Origin: the human T2T-CHM13v2.0 reference genome, Homo sapiens
Reading direction: 5' to 3' (one strand)
DNA length: 64,000 bases
Assembly: GCF_009914755.1 (NCBI RefSeq)
Contig: NC_060926.1
Shown: positions 1 through 13,549 of the stretch, one piece after another
Position numbering within the stretch: the first letter of the stretch is position 1
Layout of the letters: each line of letters opens with the position of its first letter
The notes under the pieces: model-generated
Told to the model about the DNA's origin: nothing
Seen by the model: the letters and a program-made list of their open reading frames with translations, nothing else
The model's database searches: none
Program-made: the position numbers and the translations under genes

Positions 1-217
1 CTCCGCCTCCCGGGTTCACGCCATTCTCCTGCCTCAGCCTCCCGAGTAGCTGGGACTACAGGTGCCCGCCACCACGCCTGGCTAATTTTATGTATTTTTA
101 GTAGAGACAGGGTTTCACTGTGTTAGCCAGGATGGTCTCCATCTCCTGACCTCGTGATCTGCCCGCTTTGGCCTCCCAAAGTGCTGGGATTACAGGCGTG
201 AGCCACCGCGCCCGGCC
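1..217 (-). mobile_element. AluY, truncated by window start
   Basis: Reverse Alu with AluY-type motifs (ttcacgccattc, gttagccaggatggtctc), ending ...gccaccgcgcccggcc. Confidence 0.9.
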
Positions 218-1240
218 ACAATACTGTTCTATTTTCCAATCTGTTCTGCTGGCATTTGCATCACAATATAGTGTTCATTTTGGCCTAAGAGAGGTTATGA
301 ATGAACAAATCTATGTTATTTGTATTTTTCATTTGGGTTCCACTAACTATAGACTTAGGGCAAAAATGAACCCATGATTATCCTAACTATTCTACCTCTC
401 AGTCTTAATTCAGTTGGTAAAAGAGGGAGCCTGAACTTTGCTCACAGCTTTGAGTGATTAAAATTAAATTTCAGTAGCAGCAGAAGCAAACTACCTTATT
501 ACAAAAACTTTCCTAGGAAAAATACCTAACAGTCAATCCTATCTTATATCTGAAGAGATCACCATTCAGTATCTCCAAAACTATGAAATAACACTACTAA
601 CTAGTGATTTTACATGTTTAGCAAGCATCTGGAGTTATATGTAAGCCTTTACCGAGATCCCAGCTATCTAAATAAAAATGGATGTTAAGCATCACTCTCA
701 TCCTTGCAACGAAGTCATTTTATGGTGTCATAAAACCACCAACAGCATTTCTGACTATTCCAATAATCATCCCAAGCACCTCAAAATTCTTAAAATACTG
801 AAATTGAAAAGGAAACTCTACCCAACTTATCAAATGCAATAACAAATGTGCACAAAAATGTCATTTAGTAGGCAGAATTTGCAGCCAAAGAATATTATTT
901 TCATACGGTGTTTAAGATTTGCAGAGTTCCTTTTTAGTGACAAAGGTCCTATTTGGTTCAGCCATGCCACATGTGTAAGTTTAACATTTCATGAGGATTT
1001 TCAGAGGAAGAGTGTGAAGGTATTCTTTTTGGCCAGACTGTCTTTTATAGTGATATGATAGCAACATTGGATTATATATTAAACCACCAGCTAATTAGAA
1101 GTTAGGTACACAGCCTAAGAAACCTAAGAAAGCATGTCCTATATATATTTTTTGGTTCTCAACATCCCAACATCTTTATCTCAGGTTATAAAAGAACTAG
1201 AATAGAAATTGGGAGATTTTTACATTAGACATAAAATTGG

Positions 1241-1381
1241 AGTTGAGTGCAATGTGTGCCCTATAGACCCAGCTACTAGAAAGACTGAGGTGGGAGTTAT
1301 CACTCGAGGCCACGAGTTAGTTCAAGTCCAACCTGGACAATCTAGTGAGACCTCATCTCTGGAAAAAAAAAAAAAAAAAAA
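1241..1381 (+). mobile_element. Degenerate Alu monomer (FLAM-like) with poly-A tail
   Basis: cccagctact...gactgaggtgggag...ttcaagtccaacctggacaa...gagacctcatctct followed by an A-run. Confidence 0.75.
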
Positions 1382-1917
1382 GGAAATCAAGTTTTTTTCA
1401 TTTTGATACCAAAAAAAAAAAAAAAAACCGAAAAGAAAAAACCCAAATGAATACGAACACACAAAGACAAAACAAAAAATACCACTTTTCTGAGACGTGG
1501 AAGTTTAGATAGCTTCCGTGCAGCCCTCAGGAAGTAAGATTCAACAGCCTTTCTGAATTTTAGCATTATGTATCTGTGAAGAGTGGCAACAGACACAGGT
1601 GATCAGGAAATACACCTTTCGCTTCTCTAGTATGGCCTCTTTAGGCCTTTCCAAACTGATAGCCCCTCTCAGCACGATTTCCGCTCAATGTGACATGCAA
1701 AGGACTTAGGAGGAGTGGGAGAGGAAGTTTAGTTTTGGAAACATGAGATGCTACATCTACCTCTCGGTTGATTTATGAAGCACAATAGCATATTAAAAGT
1801 ACCTGAAGGCCTAACTTGGTTATCTTAGCATTTCCCAAGCTGAGTTGACCACAAAACCCCATCCCCCGCTAGGCTGGGCACGAGTATTCCATGGGCTACT
1901 TTGGGAAAACACTGTCT

Positions 1918-2070
1918 GTGCAAGAGCGCAGGCTTTTGATCAGACAGGGTACTCAACGCTTTCTTCACCACTTAAGAGCTTTGAGGCTTTGGACAAGTTA
2001 CTTACTTCCTCTGAACCCTAGTTCTCTCATCTGAATTCTGTGGGAAATAACATCTATCACACATGATCTT
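1918..2070 (+). mobile_element. MIR fragment
   Basis: MIR core ttggacaagttacttacttcctctgaaccctagttctctcatctg. Confidence 0.65.
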
Positions 2071-2234
2071 TTGAAAACATAGTATGTACTTAAAAAATGT
2101 TTATCCCCTTCTTTCTTTTTACAACTCATGGTAGGAGAAACCTTTTTGTGTCTCCACATGAATTCCAAGATCCTCTCAAATATGATCATTTTCTTTCTCC
2201 AGTCTCATCTCCCGGTAACATGGAGAAGTGTTAA

Positions 2235-2445
2235 TAGTATTTTAGATTCAGACTTCCTAAAATGTAACCTTACTAGCTGTGTGCCTTATGACCTAAGAAA
2301 ATTCCTACCCTCTCTGTGCCTCAGAGTCCCCACCTGTAAAGTGGAGGATAATAATGGTACCTACATCGTGGGGTTGTGAAGATTAAAGAGTAACATTGAA
2401 GAAGCACTCAGAGTAACACTTGGCATTAGGTAAGTGATCAATAAT
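2235..2445 (+). mobile_element. MIR
   Basis: ctctctgtgcctcag...cacctgtaaagtggaggataataatggtacctac...gttgtgaagattaaa. Confidence 0.75.
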
Positions 2446-2469
2446 CTCAGTGAAGTTACTAGTATTCTT

Positions 2470-2830
2470 ATCTTCCAATCACATATTATGTACCAATCAT
2501 ACTCGACTCCTTGCTTCCCAAAGATGCCTGATGTTTTCGCATGTCCACGTCTTTGCTCTTGCTGGTCTCTTCATTTGGAATAACCTTCTTCCACGTTTTC
2601 TACTTGGTGAAATCCTATCCACCCTCCAAGGCCCATCTTGAATGCTACCTTCTCTATGCAGCCTTTCCAGATTTCCTCTAACCAAGTGTCTTCCTCCTTA
2701 AAAGAATCCCCTCTAGGCCTTGTGGCTCTCTCTTGACTCTTACCATGTTCTACTTTGTATCTAATGAGTTCTATGCTCCTGGAGGAGCCAGTGGTATTTA
2801 TATACCCTCCCCACACCCTAGCACCCAGCA
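2470..2830 (+). mobile_element. L2 3' fragment
   Basis: L2-like tcctatccaccctccaaggcccatcttgaatgctaccttctctatgcagcctttcc. Confidence 0.55.
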
Positions 2831-3109
2831 GTGTGATCCAGCAGGAACAATGTCAGCCTGGGAATCAGGAAGCCTGGGCTCTGGACCCAGGCCAACCACT
2901 CTGCAACTTGGGGAAGTCACTTCACAGGAACTTTGGTTTCTTCTTATTTAAACCAGTGAGTTGGAATAGACCAGCTCTAAAGCCACTTCCATCTCTACCC
3001 TGTGAAAGTTTAATATATACTCCGTGGGCAGCCACATACATGCCTATGGAATTTTGAGTGACTAGAAGGAACAAGGTTTGAGCCCAGAAATAACTGTTCA
3101 GAAACCCTT

Positions 3110-4190
<1,081 letters not shown>

Positions 4191-5464
4191 TAAAATCAAA
4201 AGAGAAACCTCTGACTGCAACAATGAGTATTTTTAACAAAACAGATGTTTATCTTACTTGTTCCTTTTCTCCTTCCAGTGGGGCTAGGGAAGAACTAAGG
4301 AATGATTTACTAATTTTTTGATGTAATTTTGTACTGGCTATGAATTCCTGTAACAAACTTGTCATTGGAAAAGTGAGACTTGGACACTTCAGGTATCTCT
4401 GGAGTTTTCATCTAAAGCCAGCTACATTGATCTCCAGTTCATGCTACTTGATTCAGATGGCTCAGAAACTGCAGGCTTCCATCTATGTGGGATGTAGCTG
4501 GTGACCATGTGAGAGGCCAGGGGTGGCAGTAGCAGCACCTCTATCCTCTCTGGAGGAGCTGGGAGAATTCAGTTGGCAAGGAGGCAAGTGGAACCCAGTA
4601 AATTCTCAAATTAACAGAGGAACAACTGGAGAAGGCTCTGATTCCTCTCTTAAGTATGGCTAAAGATAGTAGGGCCTGCACTCCAATAGCTAAGAGATAA
4701 TTCATAGAATGCTTCCAGATAACTTTCCTAGCCTTCCCATAGAATCTGCCACTCAGAAAACATACGTCTGCCCACCAAATTAGTAAAATTCCAAGTTCTT
4801 CTCAAATTCAGTTAACCTGCACCATAGGTAACTTAGGACCTATAAATATTTTTATTCCTTCTGTAGTGTCCCATCACAATTTGAAATCCAGTGTATGATT
4901 TGCTCAGCCTGCTTTGGTCCAAGGTCCTCTTTGGAGAGAATCCTGAAAGTGTAAATGACTTGCAGCTGAACCAGGCCCCTACTTCCCGGGTATGTACTGC
5001 ATTAAACCCCACACCCCTGCTTGGCCTCGCCTGGGAAGGCTTCAGAAGAGCTCTTCAAAGCAGACCTCATCAAAACAAACACCCCTACCTCTACCCCCAT
5101 CTCCTGTGCCCTTCAGAAAACAAACAACAATACTTCTCTGTTCACCAAAAACAAGGAGAATTTTCTGTTCAAAGTATTTTTTTCTTATTCCCTATTGGCA
5201 GCACTTATTAAGGAACGGATGACTTTCAAGTTGAGTGAACTCTGTTTGAAACATAAGCACATAAGAATCCAGGTGCTTAAAACTTTTTCAAACTTAGGTA
5301 CACATCCTTACAGCCTTCATATAAAAAAAAATCCTTTTAATGTTTTATTAAAACCTCTGTCAGTTTAAAAGAAAGGATATCTTTGACCACAGATTTTGAG
5401 TAATTACGTTTACATTGAAAGCTAGTAAGCAAAATGTCTAAGATGTTACTTCCCTTTCAAACTT

Positions 5465-6010
5465 TTGGAAACAGCTATGGTGTTAGATGGACCTGGGTTT
5501 GAATTCTGTTTCCCTTACTTCCTAGCTGTAAGATCTCAAGCAGCTGACCCAACCTCTCTGCACCTCAACTTCTTCATTAGTAAAATGAGGATAAGAATAG
5601 TTCATAGTAGCCAGACATGGTGGTTCATGCCTGCAATCCCAGCATTCTGGGAGGCCGAGGTGGGTCAATCACTTGAGGTCAGGAGTTCAAGACCAGCCTG
5701 GCCAACACGGCAAAACCCCAACTCTACTAAAAATACAAAAAAAAAATAGCTGGGTGTGGTGGCGCACACCTGTAGTCCCAGCTACTTGGGAGGCTGAGGA
5801 AGGAGAACTGTTTGAACCCGGGAGGCGGAGTTGCAGTGAGCCAAGATCACATCACTGCACTCCAGCCTTGGCAACAGAACAAAAATTAAAAACAAAAACA
5901 AAAACAAAAAAACAGAATAGTACATAGCACATACACAGTTATGAGGATTAAATGAATACATGAAACTCCTTAGCAAAGTGCCTACGTAACATATATGTAG
6001 TAAAAATAAT
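5465..6010 (+). mobile_element. MIR interrupted by an Alu
   Basis: MIR 5' part (gacctgggtttgaattctg...ctctctgcacctcaacttcttcattagtaaaatgagg) resumes after the Alu (gttatgaggattaaatga). Confidence 0.7.
5610..5913 (+). mobile_element. AluS
   Basis: Dimeric Alu. TSD agaatagttcatagta (5594-5609) / agaatagtacatagca (5914-5929). Confidence 0.9.
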
Positions 6011-6550
6011 AATGTTCAAACAATAAAAAATTAGTATATCTTATTAGCTAAAATTTAGCAAATGTTTCTTCATTTTTATGAAGGTCTCCAATTTCACACT
6101 TAAATTAAAAGGCTTTTCATTAAAATCAAACTCTTGCTTACGCTAACTCATGAGTAAAAGAAAGAACCCAAGAGAAGAAATCAGCCTGCAATCCATGAGG
6201 AATGAGCAAGGAAAGAATTCCATGCTTCCATGACAAATGTTCAGATAGTCCTAATGTTTTTTATTATCTCTAGTGATCCTCTGAGAGTGAGATGTCTCAC
6301 TTATGCCATGTATCTATATCCACGCAGCATTTGAGGGTATAGGATGGGAAATGAGATTACCCCAATGTCAGAAGTATGGCTTAGGGGGCAAAGTGCCCAG
6401 AATCTAAGAACTCAATCCAGACAGAAGAGTTTCTCCTCAAAGAAACTACATGGTAAACCTGTCTGTCTGACTTCTGACTTCTGTGGGGAAGTGATTTTTC
6501 TCTCTGTTTCTTACCAATAAGCCTATTGATTTCTGCAGTTTCTTGAATGA

Positions 6551-6910
<360 letters not shown>

Positions 6911-7298
6911 TAGGGGAGAAGCTGGTGATTTATCTTGAGGCAATGACACTCTGTCATTATCAAGGATCTATTTGGACTTCCAAAAGAATACCATGAGGCA
7001 TGAAAATATTAGCCATGCCTATCTTCTGTTCATAAAAAAAGGCATCTTGACTTGCCATTCACAGATACCAAGGCCATTGTGATGGGGGCACTATGGGAAG
7101 CCTGGAGGTTGAAAACTTGACCTCGTTTTGGAGTGCTTACTTTGTGGCATTTTCCAAATTCTGGTTGCCTTTCTTCAGTTTTCTTGAGTCTAAAGCATTA
7201 AGGATGCCAATTACTAAAGACCTCATTGACAAAGTCTAGAACAACATTGTGCAACAGGAATACAATGTGAAGCACATATATAATTTAAATTTCTTTAG

Positions 7299-7425
7299 AG
7301 ACAGGTGCAATGGTGTGCACCTGTAGTCCCAGCTACTTGGGAGGCTGAGGTGGGAGGATCAATGCTTAAGCCCAGAAGTTCAAGTCTAGTCTTGACAACA
7401 TAGTGAGACTAGTTTCAAAAAAATT
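7299..7425 (+). mobile_element. Alu monomer (FLAM-like)
   Basis: ggtgtgcacctgtagtcccagctacttgggaggctgaggtgggaggatc...caacatagtgagac. Confidence 0.8.
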
Positions 7426-7774
7426 GTTTTCCCCAATAGCCACATTAAAAAAAAGGTAAAATAATTTTAAAAATAGATTTTATTTAACGTATTAAATAAA
7501 ATACAAAAAGATTAATTGCAACATATCAATATTTTTTAAGTTGAGATATGTTGCATTTCTTTTTTTTTTTTTAACTAAGCTCCTGGAATCTGGATTGTTT
7601 GTAGATTTCATAAAAAGTACAGTTAAAACAAGCAGATTCAAATATCCAGATTGTTCCAAACATACTTAAAAGTTTTTCAGTAACTGAAGCAATAATAAAA
7701 TTTTAAATCTTAATTTTAATTAAAGTCAAGTAAAATGAAAAATTCAGTTCCTCTGTCACTCTAGCCACATTTTA

Positions 7775-8128
<354 letters not shown>

Positions 8129-8569
8129 CTACTGTATTGCACAAGGTAGTTTGAGGCGATGAAGAAAAACTGCACATTGTCACATGGAGAGTCATCACAC
8201 TCTGAGATTTTTCCCTTCATTCTTAAATGCTACTTGCCAAAGAGAGATTTCAAAAACTTTTTTTTTTCTTAATTTCTAGTTTGGCTCCAACAGTAAAGGC
8301 TCAGAATCCTTCTTATATTTCTGTGGTGGGATAATTAACATCAAGCTCCCTGAAAACATGCAGGTGGAATAGTTCATATCTGAGAGATGAATTGTAATAA
8401 ATCCTTTCTCAAGAGGCACATATAGGAAAATCTTAAAGAACATGCAGGAGCCCATTTACCTGATATGACTAGTGCTTCATTGGTCATTGATAAATGATGT
8501 TAAATGAGAAACTAATAAAAAACAATTTTTACTTTTGAATTATATTTCTTAAAAGATTAAGGTGATAGG

Positions 8570-9660
8570 CATATAACATAAAATTAACCATTTTAAAGTG
8601 AACATTTCAGTGGCATTTCATGTGTACTATGTTGTGTAACCATCACCTCTAGTTCTAAAACATTTTCATTACCTCAAAAGAAAAGCCGTATTGGCCAGGC
8701 GCAGTGGCTCATGCCTGTAATCCCAGCAATTTGGGAGGCCGAGGCGGGCCAATCACTTGCAGTCGTGAATTGGAGACCAGTCTGGCCAACCTGTGAAACC
8801 CTGTCTCTACTAAAGATACAAAAATTAGCTGGGCATGGTGGCGCATGCCTGTAATCCCAGCTGCTCGAATCAAGAGATTCGAGCAGCTGGGATTACACGA
8901 GGGGTAGCATGAGAATCTCTTGAATCTGGGAGGTGAAGGTTGCAGTGAGCCAAGATCGTGCTACTGCACTCCAGCCTGGGCGACAGTGCAAGACTCTGTC
9001 TCAAAAAAAAAAAAAAAAAAAAAAAAGCCATATCCATCAAGCAGTAGACCCCATTCCCCCACTCCCCACCCACCCTAGCTCCTGGCAGCCACAATCTGCT
9101 TTCTATCTCTAAGGATTTACCTATTCTGGATAAATAAAATCATATGTGACCTTTTGTATCAGACTTCTTTCATTTAGCATAATGTTTTCAAGGTTTACCC
9201 ACACTGTAACATGTATCAGTACTTCATTCCCTTTTGTGACTGAATAATGTTCCATTGTGTAGCTGTACCACATTTTCATTATCTATTCATCAGGTGATGG
9301 ACATTTGGGTTGTTTCCACCTTTTGGCTGTTGTGAATAGTGCTCCTATGAACATTAGTGTACAGGTATCTATTTGAGAACCTGTTTTCCATTCTTTTGGG
9401 CATATACCTAGAAACGGAATTGCTGGGTCACATGGTAATTCTATGTTCTTCTTTCTGACAGACTGCCAAACTTTTCTGCAGCAGCTGCACATTTTACATT
9501 CCCACCAACAATGTACAAGGCTCTCAATTTCTCCACATTCTCACCAACGCTTGCTATTTTCCATCTTTTAAATAAAATAAAAGCCATCCTAGTGAATGTG
9601 AAGTGGTATCTCAAAGTGGTTTGGATTTGCATTTTTCTAATGACTAAAAATGTTGAGCAT
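8570..9660 (-). mobile_element. L1MB-like 3' region interrupted by an Alu
   Basis: Reverse L1 3' end (cataaaattaaccattttaaagtg...). The minus-strand ORF 9283-9492 translates as L1 ORF2 C-terminal sequence (IELPCDPAIPFLGICPKE...AKRWKQPKCPS). Confidence 0.8.
8693..9026 (+). mobile_element. AluS containing a fold-back hairpin insertion
   Basis: Alu with TSD aaaagcc(g/a)tat. The right arm is altered by a 22-bp perfect inverted repeat at 8850-8897. Confidence 0.9.
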
Positions 9661-10650
9661 TTGCTGTGCAGAAGAGCTAAACAGACAACCTACACAATGG
9701 AAGAAACTATTTCCAATCTGTGCATCTGACAAAGGTCTAAAATCTAGCGTCTATCAGGAACTTAAACAAATTTACAAGAAAATAAGATAATATTTGATAA
9801 AGCCCATTAAAAAGTGGGAAAAGGACATGAACAGACACTTTTCAAAAGAAGACATACATGTGGCCAACAAGCATATGAAAAAAGTTCAATATCACTGATC
9901 ATTAGAGAAATGCAAATCAAAACCACAATGAGATAACATCTCATACCAGTCAGAATGGCTACTATTAAAAAGTCAAAAAATAACAGGTGCTGGAGATATT
10001 GCAGAGAAAGAAGAACACTTTTACACTGTTGTGAGTGTAAATTAGTTCAACCATTGTGGAAAGTAGTGTGGCGATTCCTCAAAGAGCTAAAAGCAGAATG
10101 ACCATTCAACCCAGCAATCCCATCACTGGGTATATAACCAAAGGAATATAAATCATTCTATCATAAAGACACATGCACATGTATGCTCACTGAAGCACTA
10201 TTAATAATAGCCAAGACATGAAATCAACCTAAATGTCCATCAGTGGTAGACTGGATAAAGAAAATGTAATACATATACACCATGGAATACCATGCAGCCA
10301 CATAAGAACAAGATTACGTCCTTTGCAGAAACATGGATGGAGCTGGAGGCTGTCATCCTTAGCAAACTAATACAGGAAGAGAAAACCAAATAGCGCATGT
10401 ACTCACTTATAAGAAGGAGGTAAATGATGATAACACACAGACACAAACATGGGAACAATAGACACTGGGGCCTACTCTAGGGTGGAGGTTGGGAGGAGGG
10501 AAGAGAATCAGAAAAAATGACTATTGAGTAATAGGCTTAGTACCTGGGTGATGAATTAATAAGTATAACAAACCCCTGTGGCACAAGTTTACCTGTTTAC
10601 AAACCTACATATATACTCCAAACCCAAAATAAAAGTTAAAAAAAAACCCA
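9660..10650 (+). mobile_element. 5'-truncated primate L1 (old L1PA/L1PB-like): ORF2 end, 3'UTR and poly-A
   Basis: acagacaacctac...aaggacatgaacagacacttttcaaaagaagacatac...aaataaaagttaaaaaaaaa. Confidence 0.88.
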
Positions 10651-10679
10651 AAAGAATTTTCTGAATGGTTAAAAAAAGT

Positions 10680-10810
10680 AACATACGCACAACGTAAAAC
10701 TTACCATTTTAACCATTTTCATACAGTTTAGTGGCATTATGTACGTGTACATCGTTGTGCAACCATCACTACCATCCATCTCTAGAACTTTCTTCCATCT
10801 TGCAAAATAG
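10680..10810 (-). mobile_element. L1MB-like 3' end fragment
   Basis: aaaacttaccattttaaccatttt...ttgtgcaaccatcactaccatccatctctagaac. Confidence 0.65.
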
Positions 10811-10854
10811 AGTTATGTTGAGTAATTCATATGCAATGCCCAGGCATACAGCTC

Positions 10855-11050
10855 TGATATGCTAGCTCCTAAGATATCTCTGGCACTTAACTAGCTGTGA
10901 GAACTTGGGCAACTCATTTGACCATTTGGTCATCCACAGAATGGGGTTAATATTTACCTCACAGAACTGGCAAAAGGACAAAATAAGATAATATTTGATA
11001 AAGCATTTTAAAAACTGGAAAACATTTTATGGTTGCTACTTATAATCATT
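10855..11050 (+). mobile_element. MIR
   Basis: cacttaactagctgtgagaacttgggcaactcatttgacc...aaataagataatatttgataaagc. Confidence 0.65.
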
Positions 11051-11700
11051 ATTATTATTAACATAGAAAATGTGAAGATCTTTTATAGAAAGCTGAGACC
11101 ATTTATTGTGATCATTTTATAAATATTGTTATACATTTAGGTTACCATCTATTCAGATTTATCATTACACATATCTTTTACTTTTTTATTGATTGATTAT
11201 ATCTAGAATGGAATACTAGATATAATCTACTAGAATGGAAGATCCATGAAAGCAATGATTTTTTAAAATTATTTTACCCATTGCTCTATTTCAGAGCCGA
11301 GAAGAATATAAGGCATATCTATCTCTTGAATAATGAAAGAATAAATTACTTTATGCAAGAGTAAATATGTTATTAGTGCTTTAAAAAATTCATTCATAAT
11401 GATAGTTTACATATAAGTCTTTAGGTTTTCCCAGTGCAAAATTAATACATGTGAATTCCCAAATGAAATATATTTTAAATATGAGGAAATTTCCCAGACT
11501 AGTTCAGAGTTAAAAGGAAGCAAGTTTAGGAGTAAACAGGAATTTTAAAAATATATGCAAGTTTTCAAAATATGTTCTGATTTTAAAGTTTTGGGCTATT
11601 ATCAGTACAATAAAAGATGAGTTCAATTGGGTTAATATAATATAACCAAGGAAATACTTAGAGTATCATTCTCTTTTCTAAACAAAACAGGTTGTAGTAG

Positions 11701-12048
<348 letters not shown>

Positions 12049-13549
12049 TGAATGGAAAGTTAAAATGACAATTTATATCTGTAAAAATTTTGTAATAAAG
12101 TATTTTGATGGGAGATAAAGCCATATGCAATCACATGGTTTTAAAAGTGGAGAGTAGTATGTTACAAACATGATATTGAAGACTTCTAGGTTCCTTTATA
12201 TCAACCCTGATTCTAATATGAGAAGAAACTAAGCCGCTTCTGAGATACATGGGAATAATCCTTCTGAGCTGTTATCACTGCCTAAGACTTTTTATCTTTT
12301 TTAGATTTTGCCTTCCATAAAAATGTCTTCTCCAATAATCTTTCCAGTTGTACTATCTTTTCTTTGAATTGTTACTTCTTTTTGGTCGTTGGTACACTGA
12401 GTTCTCTAGGGTGATTTTTTGCACCTAAGGGTAAGAATTCAAAATTGTGATGCAGGTATTTACAGTAGAACTCTGAATCCTTGTCTTTCACATTTTTGGA
12501 ATAATTACTGGGGCTTTACTAGAGTACCTTGCTAAGGTGTGTGTGGCCTTTTTTTTTTTTTTAATTAAAAAACAACGTAAGTGGGAGTGGAATGGGGTAA
12601 GGGAGGTGAATCATTCATCAAATGAAAATTTATTTAAATACCGTTGTCTGTGATAAAGGAATAACCATTTCAGAATAACACTGGAAGAATTAATTTAAAT
12701 GGATGCACTTCCCAATATTGTTACTGTTTTCTTTGGTATTTCATTAACATTGTGAGTGGGGAGGTGCTGGGGTCCATGGTAAAAAAATAAGTAAGTGAAA
12801 GGCAAACAACTTTGCTTTCTAGTGGATTTCCCTTATTACCTAATGAGGGCAGCAGCTTACAAGTTGATTGTGTTCAATTCAACAAATTTGTTTTAGTACC
12901 TAAGTGCCTGCTATATGTACAGAGTGAAGAAAGAAATAACCCTACCTTTAAGAGAGTTTACGGTCTGGTTGTGTTGATTCACCTTCTGAGAAAAAATGTT
13001 ATTTGCTTTCCTCAATTTTTTTCCTATCAAAAGTAAACATAGGTTCAAACATTCAAACCTATGAAGGCCTAAAAGGAAGAATCATCTTCAGTTTGCTGTG
13101 ACGATTTCACTGAGTTTTATTTTAAAATATTCATTTAAAAATACATACAAACATATAAACCCATCAGGCCAGGTTCTAGTGATCTGAGATATAAGCATGA
13201 TACAAACTACTTGGCTGCCGTGTATTTTTGTTTTATTTTAATCCAGGTGATCAGGTCTGTATGGGGAAAAAGCCCTGGGGCTTTTTCAAACAGGAAGGGC
13301 CCTCCTCCCTCTGAATGCCCGCAGTGCCGCCCTGTGCACTTTACAGAACAAGGAGAAAGTCAGTTTCTTCAAACTGCTTTTCTAAAGAGCGTTTCCATTC
13401 GTGGTCCTGGTGATTCCACCATCTTTTCTTCACAACAGTGACGGTTCTGGAATTTCTACACAGCCTGAGGGGCTGACGGGGTAGACCAGGTGACTGGGAA
13501 GGGGCAGTGGCACATGACAAAAATTTGAGGAAACGTCCAGTTTCCGTTT

